Source of the DNA: the human T2T-CHM13v2.0 reference genome, Homo sapiens
Assembly: GCF_009914755.1 (NCBI RefSeq)
Contig: NC_060933.1
Direction: 5' to 3' (one strand)
Length of the DNA: 64,000 nt
The position numbers and the translations under genes were made by a program. Under the pieces are notes generated by a model, which saw nothing but the letters and a program-made list of their open reading frames with translations, ran no database searches and was not told the origin of the DNA. This document shows positions 57,505 to 64,000 of this stretch, one piece after another. Positions within the stretch are counted from its first letter, which is position 1. Each line of letters begins with the position of its first letter.

Positions 57505-57735
57505 AACTCCACGCATGGCCCTGGGCTAAACACTTTACAGGGCTTATGTTTTTTAATCTTCATAGCAACCCTAAGGGGTATGTAAGCATTAGTATTACCC
57601 TCATTTTACAGATGAAAAAAACAAGACACAGAGCGGCTAAGGAACTTTCCCAAGGTCACAAAGACATTAAGTGCTGGGCCAGGGTTCAAACCTGGGCTTT
57701 GCAAACAGGAGCTCAGGCCCAGAGTCCTGTACTCT
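57505..57735. mobile_element. MIR
   Basis: TTTAATCTTCATAGCAACCCT..CTCATTTTACAGATGAAAAAAC..CCCAAGGTCACA..GGGTTCAAACCTGGG. Confidence 0.8.
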
Positions 57736-58112
57736 TCAGCCTCTGCCCCAGGCCCTGGAAGTCCCCCTGAGACTCAGACAACTCCCGCCTCACTGCCAAC
57801 AAGAAACCCCAAGCACTGGAGGCTTGTTTTCCGCAATGAAAGCACCAGAGCAAGGGATGACAAAGGACTGCAGGCAGGTTCAGCCTAGCAGGGAACTCTC
57901 CCAGGCTAAGTTTACCCCATCAGCCACTGGGCTCTGCTCCTCCGGCCCTCCCTGGCTCCAGAGCCCGACTCCCCACCAGCCCTCCCCACCAGCTGCTCAG
58001 CAAGCCTGACAAGGGGGCTTCTGGCGTAATCCTGGTGAATAATTTATCATTCGTTCTTGAGCAAGGGGAGGAAATATAAATCTCCTGTTCTATGAGCATG
58101 GCAAGCAACGCG

Positions 58113-58115
<3 letters not shown>

Positions 58116-58155
<40 letters not shown>
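58116..58155. repeat. Perfect (TG)n microsatellite, about 20 units
   Basis: Uninterrupted TG run. Confidence 0.95.
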
Positions 58156-58156
<1 letters not shown>

Positions 58157-59411
58157 TTTAACCGCATAAACTGCTCGTCTGATCTCATCTGGAATAAATT
58201 ACCCATAATGAAGGTGATGGGTTGCTTGCAAACAACACTTTGAATCCTGCTATCTCTGCTCATAACAAGGCTCTTGCCATGTAGGCTTTATCCATTATTA
58301 TTTTGAGACAGTTGCTCTTGTTTTTAATACAAAGAAAAAAAAAGATCCATTTTGAGTAAACACAGTGTACAGTCTCAGGTTTGGGCATTTGGGAGAGGGG
58401 AGTATCTGTCCTAGGGACTCTCCAAGCTGCAGTGCTGGGGGCAGGAGCTGGCCTACCATGGCCACTGAAAGAGATTTGAGGGGAGACTTCACTACTTGGA
58501 GTTGCTGGGTCCAGGCAGCCCTTGGCCTCTGCTCCTAGAGGCTGCCGTGGAACCTCCATGCTCACACCTAGGGTCACACAAACACCGTGACTCTCATTTT
58601 GCAGCTGAAAGCTCCCCTGCCCTGTTTCCCATGGCTGCAGACTCCTAGAAGGAGGGAACATGGGTTCTGGTCCCCATTCTGCCAATGACCCACACTCGAC
58701 CTTGGAAAGGTCCCTTTCTCCCCCAGGGTCTTAGTTTTCCCTCTATCAAGAAGGGAAAGAACTGTTTCTCCTAGGTCAGGGAGGGGCTGAAATAAGCTCA
58801 CAGATAGGAACGTGCTTTGGAAGCCATGGTGCTTTCGCCCGCAGAAGGTGGATTTTCCATTTTGTGCTGGCTTCATCACCACAAATGGGAGACACAGGCA
58901 TCCTCCCAACAGAGGAGTCTGGGTCACACAACTCTGACAGAGGCTGGGACCAGTGAGGCGGCAGTGCTAGGGCAGTTTCTTCAGCGCTGCCTCTCTGGCC
59001 CTGTCGTGGCTGCTGCATGCGGTCACCTACCCATCAGTGCTGCCCGGCCAGACCTAGGGCAGAAAAGGCAGGTCCCTCAAGGGTCCTGGGTCTTCAGGCA
59101 GGTCTCTGAAGGCAGAATCAGGACTGGAAGTTCTCTCAGCCTGGGACCCTGCTTTCCAGTATCCACCCCATAGTCCTGCTGAGAGGACTCAAGGAGACAC
59201 CCCACAGAAGGTGCTTCACACAGTTCCTGGCCCACGGTCAGCATCAGCTTGGCCCTGATGGAAGTTGTTGTCAACAACAAATTGCTGCAAAGGTCACCTG
59301 CTTTAGGGGCCTCTTGGAGCCCACTGTTTCACACTTCTCTAACAATGGAAATTCTCACACTACCATCCAGGTGTTCAGCCCATGACAGCATTCAATAACC
59401 CTCTGTGGGAT

Positions 59412-60128
59412 AGATGATGATGACGGTGGTGATGGTAGTGTTGGTGGTGATGATGGTGGTGATGATTGTGATGGTGGTGATGATGATGGTGATGATGGTG
59501 GTGATGGTGGTGATGATGGTGATGATGATGGTGGTAATGGTGGTGGTGATGATGGTGATGGTGGTGATGATGGTGATGATGGTGGTGATGATGATGGTGA
59601 TGGTGGTGGTGATGGTGGTAATGGTGGTGATGGTGGTGATGGTGTTGATGATGGTGGTGATGGTGGTGATGATGGTGGTGATGATTGTGATGGTGGTGAT
59701 GATGATGGTGATGATGGTGGTGATGATGATGGTGATGGTGGTGGTGATGGTGGTGATGGTGGTGATGATGGTGATGATGGTGGTGATGATGATGGTGGTG
59801 ATGGTGATGATAATGGTGGCGATGGTGATGATGATGGTGATGATGGTGGTGATGGTGATGACGGTGGTGATGGTGATGATGGTGATGATGGTGGTGATGG
59901 TGGTGATGGTGGTGATGATGATGGTGGTGATGATGATGGTGATGACGGTGATGACGATGATGGTGATGGTGATGATGGTGATGATGGTGGTGATGATGGT
60001 GGTGATGGTGGTGATGATGGTGGTAATGATGATGATGGTGGTGGTGATGATGGTGATGGTAATGATGGTGGTGATGATGGTGATGATGATAGTGGTAGTG
60101 GTGATGATGATGGTGATGATGATGATGA
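59412..60128. repeat. (GAT/GGT)n mixed triplet repeat, about 240 triplets
   Basis: In-register GAT/GGT triplets over about 715 bp. Confidence 0.95.
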
Positions 60129-60129
60129 A

Positions 60130-60545
60130 CAGTCTTCATTTAGTGGACACTTGGTATAAGCCTGACCCCAGGGCTAAGCACCTTGAATACATTACCTTGT
60201 TTAATCGTCTCATCAAGTCTTGAAGAGAAGTTACTAGCCCTCTTTCCAGATGAAGAAACTGAGTTTCACAGAGGATGAAGAGCTTGCCAATGGTCAGACA
60301 AACCCAGTTTTTTCTGACTCCAGTCTCAGGCTCTAATCTACCATGCTAGAATGCCCATCAGGCAGGAATGCCTCCAAAAAAAAACCCAAGCTACCCTGCC
60401 TACTACCATGGCCAAGCACTATTCCAAGTCCTTTATACCCATCGCACCATCTGAAATGATCGTCATAACAATTGTGTGAAATGGGTAACTTTATCACAAA
60501 TGAGAAAATTAAGGCCAGAGAGAGGAAGTAATTTGATTGACTGCT
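60130..60545. mobile_element. Two MIR fragments
   Basis: TTTCCAGATGAAGAAACTGAGTTTCACAGAGG and TCACAAATGAGAAAATTAAGGCCAGAGAGAGGAAGTAA. Confidence 0.7.
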
Positions 60546-60551
60546 TAGAAA

Positions 60552-60982
60552 GTGGATGGATGGATGGATGAATGGATGGATGTGCATATGATCTGGATGG
60601 GTGGGTGATTGGATGGACGGATGATTGGATGGTTGGATAAATGGACACTTGGTTGGTTGGTTGGATGAATGGAGGGATAGATGATTGGATAAATGGGTGG
60701 ATGATGGATGGATGGATGGAGGTGCATATGATCTGGATGGATGGGTGATTGGATGGATGGATAAATGGATGGTTGGTTGGATGAATGGAGTGATAGATGA
60801 TTGGATAAATGGATGGATGATGGATGGATGGATGGAGGTGCATATGATCTGGATGGATGGGTGATTGGATGGATGGATAAAAGGATAGTTAGTTGGTTGG
60901 ATGAATAGAGGAATAGATGATTGGATAAATGGATGGATGATGGGTGGATGGATGGATGAATGGACGGATAAATGGATGGATG
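60552..60982. repeat. (TGGA)n-derived repeat with three higher-order blocks
   Basis: Marker GTGCATATGATCTGGATGG at 60582, 60722 and 60838. Confidence 0.9.
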
Positions 60983-63277
60983 ACCACCCTTCAGGGCCCA
61001 TACCTGGCTACAGATGAAGGCAGAGAAGGCCTAGTGAGTGAGGCTGATGGCACCACTGACCAGCATGCAAATGTCCCTGGGCTGGCTCTTGGTTCAGCAG
61101 GTCTGCCCTAAGAGGCTGTCATTAATGATGATGCAACTATAAAGCAGCCAAAGAGCAACCATTTCAATAAAATATGTAAATATCTGGGCAGGTGCCAGGC
61201 TACAGTTTAAGTCTCCTAATGGGAAGCATCTCTTACATGGCCATGGGAAAGTCCAGCTCACCAGGTGAACAAGTGGCACTAATGAGACTGCCGTGGGCTG
61301 TGTTTGCCTCCCCAGGAGTCAGACACAGGCCCTTAATGGCGGCAAAGTCAGAGTGGCAGGGTCCCCTTCTATAGAAACAGAAGACGTCTGTGAGCCTCGG
61401 GTTTGACTCCCCACATACCAGCCACCCTTGCGTGGTGGCTGTTAAAAGCAGTCTTGGGAGGCTTTGAATAGCTCAAAGTAACGAGGTGATTTCTATGAAA
61501 ATACAAGGTTGCCTGGTTGGCCTTGTCCCATCAGGGCCGCAGCACCCAGAGCGCTCCCTGGCCTGGAACTGGCACTCACTGAATAGCCCGTGAACTGGCA
61601 GCCAGCTCCTCCTCTGTGCATCGGCCTCCCCTGGGCCGCACATCTCCAGGGCCCCCCTTGATGCTGTTGTCATCAAGATGGTCCCAGGGCCATCTCCCCT
61701 GGTCAGGGAGTGGCTCAGGACACATAAGTGCCTGCTCCACCATCATCCTCAGGGTGAGCAGGGCAGCAAAAAGAGGTCCCTTGCAGCCCAGCTGCCCAGG
61801 GCCCCAGGTTTATGAATCTGACTGAGGACTTGGGTATGGGGCAGGGAAGCACCAATTAGCCATGTGGGCCATGCCTGGCCACTGAACAGGGTGGCAGCTA
61901 CTGGCTTATCCTCCTTGCTGCAAGAATTGGGCCATAGTCAGAGTTCAGTAAAGGTTGGAGTGAAGAAGTGCATGAACGAGTGACTACGTGAACAACTGAG
62001 CATGTTTGCTTCAGACGTTTCCTTTCTTCAAGTCAGTTACGATAGTTCTTTGTTTAGCCAGGATTTTTCTTCCTCCTCGTCTTTTGGAGCTAACATGGAA
62101 AGGAACTCCTCACCTGCAGGAGGAGCCCCAAGTCCAAATGCCTGGTGTCGACGGTGGGCAGAGGGCAGCCCCTGGTCACTTGCCCATCTCTCCCTGCCCT
62201 CAGGCCTGGCCCGGCCCTCTATGACCAAGGCAAACAGCGGCACTGATGGAGGATTGATGAGGTGCAGGGGCCAGAGCAGGTGCAGGGGTGCTGGGTGGAC
62301 ACACGAAGGCTGGGTGGAGGGGGGCGCTGGGTGGGTGCTGAGGCCTCCAAGAAGCTGCCATTTCTCCGGAAAGTATGTGAATTTCCATTCACTGTGCCCA
62401 CAGCACCCTTCATCCCCATTTTACAGAGGAACCTAGTCAAGGACAAAGCACTCAGTGAACACCGGCAGAATAAGGCCACATTCATGGCGGCCCGCCCGTT
62501 CGCCTCAGGTAAGTTCCCCGTGAACTGACACCAGCTTTATTCCATGCATATTTGTGTGATCACCAGTTGGATTTCTGATCCCTGCTGGACTGTAACGGTC
62601 AAGAGAGCCCATGCCCTGCTCCACCCTCAAGCCCAGCCGCTGGCACGGAACCTGGCACCTAATGAATAAATGACACTTCGTGAGTAGATCATGAAAGCAT
62701 CAATGAATCTTTGTAGAACTCACATCGCTAGACTCGTACGACCCTCAAGGGTAAAAACTGGGTATATTCCATCTCAAAATCACCCAAATTCGATATAGTG
62801 CTTGACACTCAATAAATGTTTAGATTCTGAATTTAATTCAAATTTCCCTGGCCAGCCTCTTAAGTGAAGGCAGAAAACATTGTTCATGGCTGAAAAAAAA
62901 AAGTTAGGAACAAATTTTAAGCAAACAAACTAAAGCTCATGGGGTAAAGCAGCTGAGAGGGGAGCATCTGGAGGGGAGGCTTTTCATAATTCATATTTTA
63001 AAACGCCAGGCTCACCATCCCTCCATGTTCTCATGTTTAATTAAAAACAGTGAAACATTAATTGAAGCATCTCCCAGCCTCCTGGCTCTGAGGCACCCAG
63101 GAAGTGAGAAACGGGTCAGAGCAACTTCATGCTGTGGAAGGGCCCTAGGCTGGGGAGAAGGAGCCGTCAGGGCAGTTCTCCCAGCCAAGACTTGGTGGGG
63201 CCTTCAGGAGATGGAAAGCTGGCCTCTCAGGGCAGACCCCCTAACGGCATCCTGTGGAAGCCCCTCCAGCCTCAGAC

Positions 63278-63652
63278 ACTGTGCACATGTATGTGCATGG
63301 GGGCACGTGTGTGCAGTGTGTGCACATGCATATGTGTGAGGGTGTGTGTGCATGTGCGAGTGTATACGTGTGTGCATGTGTGTGAGGGTGTGTGAGAGGA
63401 TGCACGTGTGTGCACGTGTGTGCATGTGCGTGTGTGCACATGTGAAGCTGTGTGTGTGCGTGTGCGTGTGTGTGCACATGTGTGGGGTGCATGTGTGTGA
63501 GGCTGCATGTGTGTGAGGCTGCGTGTGTGTGAGGCTGTGTGTGCATATCTATGAGAGTGAATGTGTACGTGTGTGCATGCGTGCATGACCATGTGGGATT
63601 GTGGTTGTGTGTGTTCGTTCATGTGCGTGTGTGGGCGTGGGTGGTGTGTGTG
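63278..63652. repeat. (TG)-rich compound microsatellite
   Basis: TGTGCATGTGTG iterations; a similar tract resumes at about 63913-64000. Confidence 0.9.
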
Positions 63653-64000
63653 CCCAATTCCAATTCCCAACTCGAGCTGAGCTCACCTTGTAGCGCAGCC
63701 TGCACTCCTGCTGGTTGATGTCTCACCTCGGCAGGGAAAGGCCACCCAGCCAGGGAGGGCTTCATCCAGAGAAGCAGCCAAAATATAGAGCGCAGAGACT
63801 TCAGGGGTGGGTGAGTGGCTCATATGAGGAAGGCAGAGAGCGCGGCCAGGACTTAGGGCACTGGCGAGGAGGCTGAGCATCCCTGCCCTTGGCACTCAGC
63901 AGCAGCCACAGGATGCACGTGTGCCTGGGGACATGTGGTGCAGTGTGTGTAAATGTGCACGTGTGCGAGGGGAGGTGTGTGCAAGTGTATGCACATGTGT

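Overview
This is primate (human-like) genomic DNA, and I can support no protein-coding gene, RNA gene or CRISPR array in it. GC-rich flanks with many tandem repeats (32, 60/63, 42, 17 and 15 bp units; TGGA, TGA/TGG, CA and CT tracts) surround an AT-rich block of nested L1/Alu/LTR remnants at about 36.5-50.8 kb. The main feature is a decayed, internally deleted class I ERV of the HERV-I/HERVIP10 (LTR10) group at 16483-22148. It retains gag capsid, RNase H-integrase, env SU and a 3' LTR, but has no 5' LTR, protease, RT or env TM. The long ORFs in the track are artefacts of tandem repeats or repeat elements. I found no convincing new biological system. The best leads are: a 25-unit minisatellite dense in E-box and MRE cores with mostly frame-preserving unit lengths; two templated local duplications, one exactly at the ERV 5' breakpoint; an LTR18-like fragment inside the ERV; and several motif-dense candidate enhancers. 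Repeat family names come from recalled consensus similarity, not from a database search.
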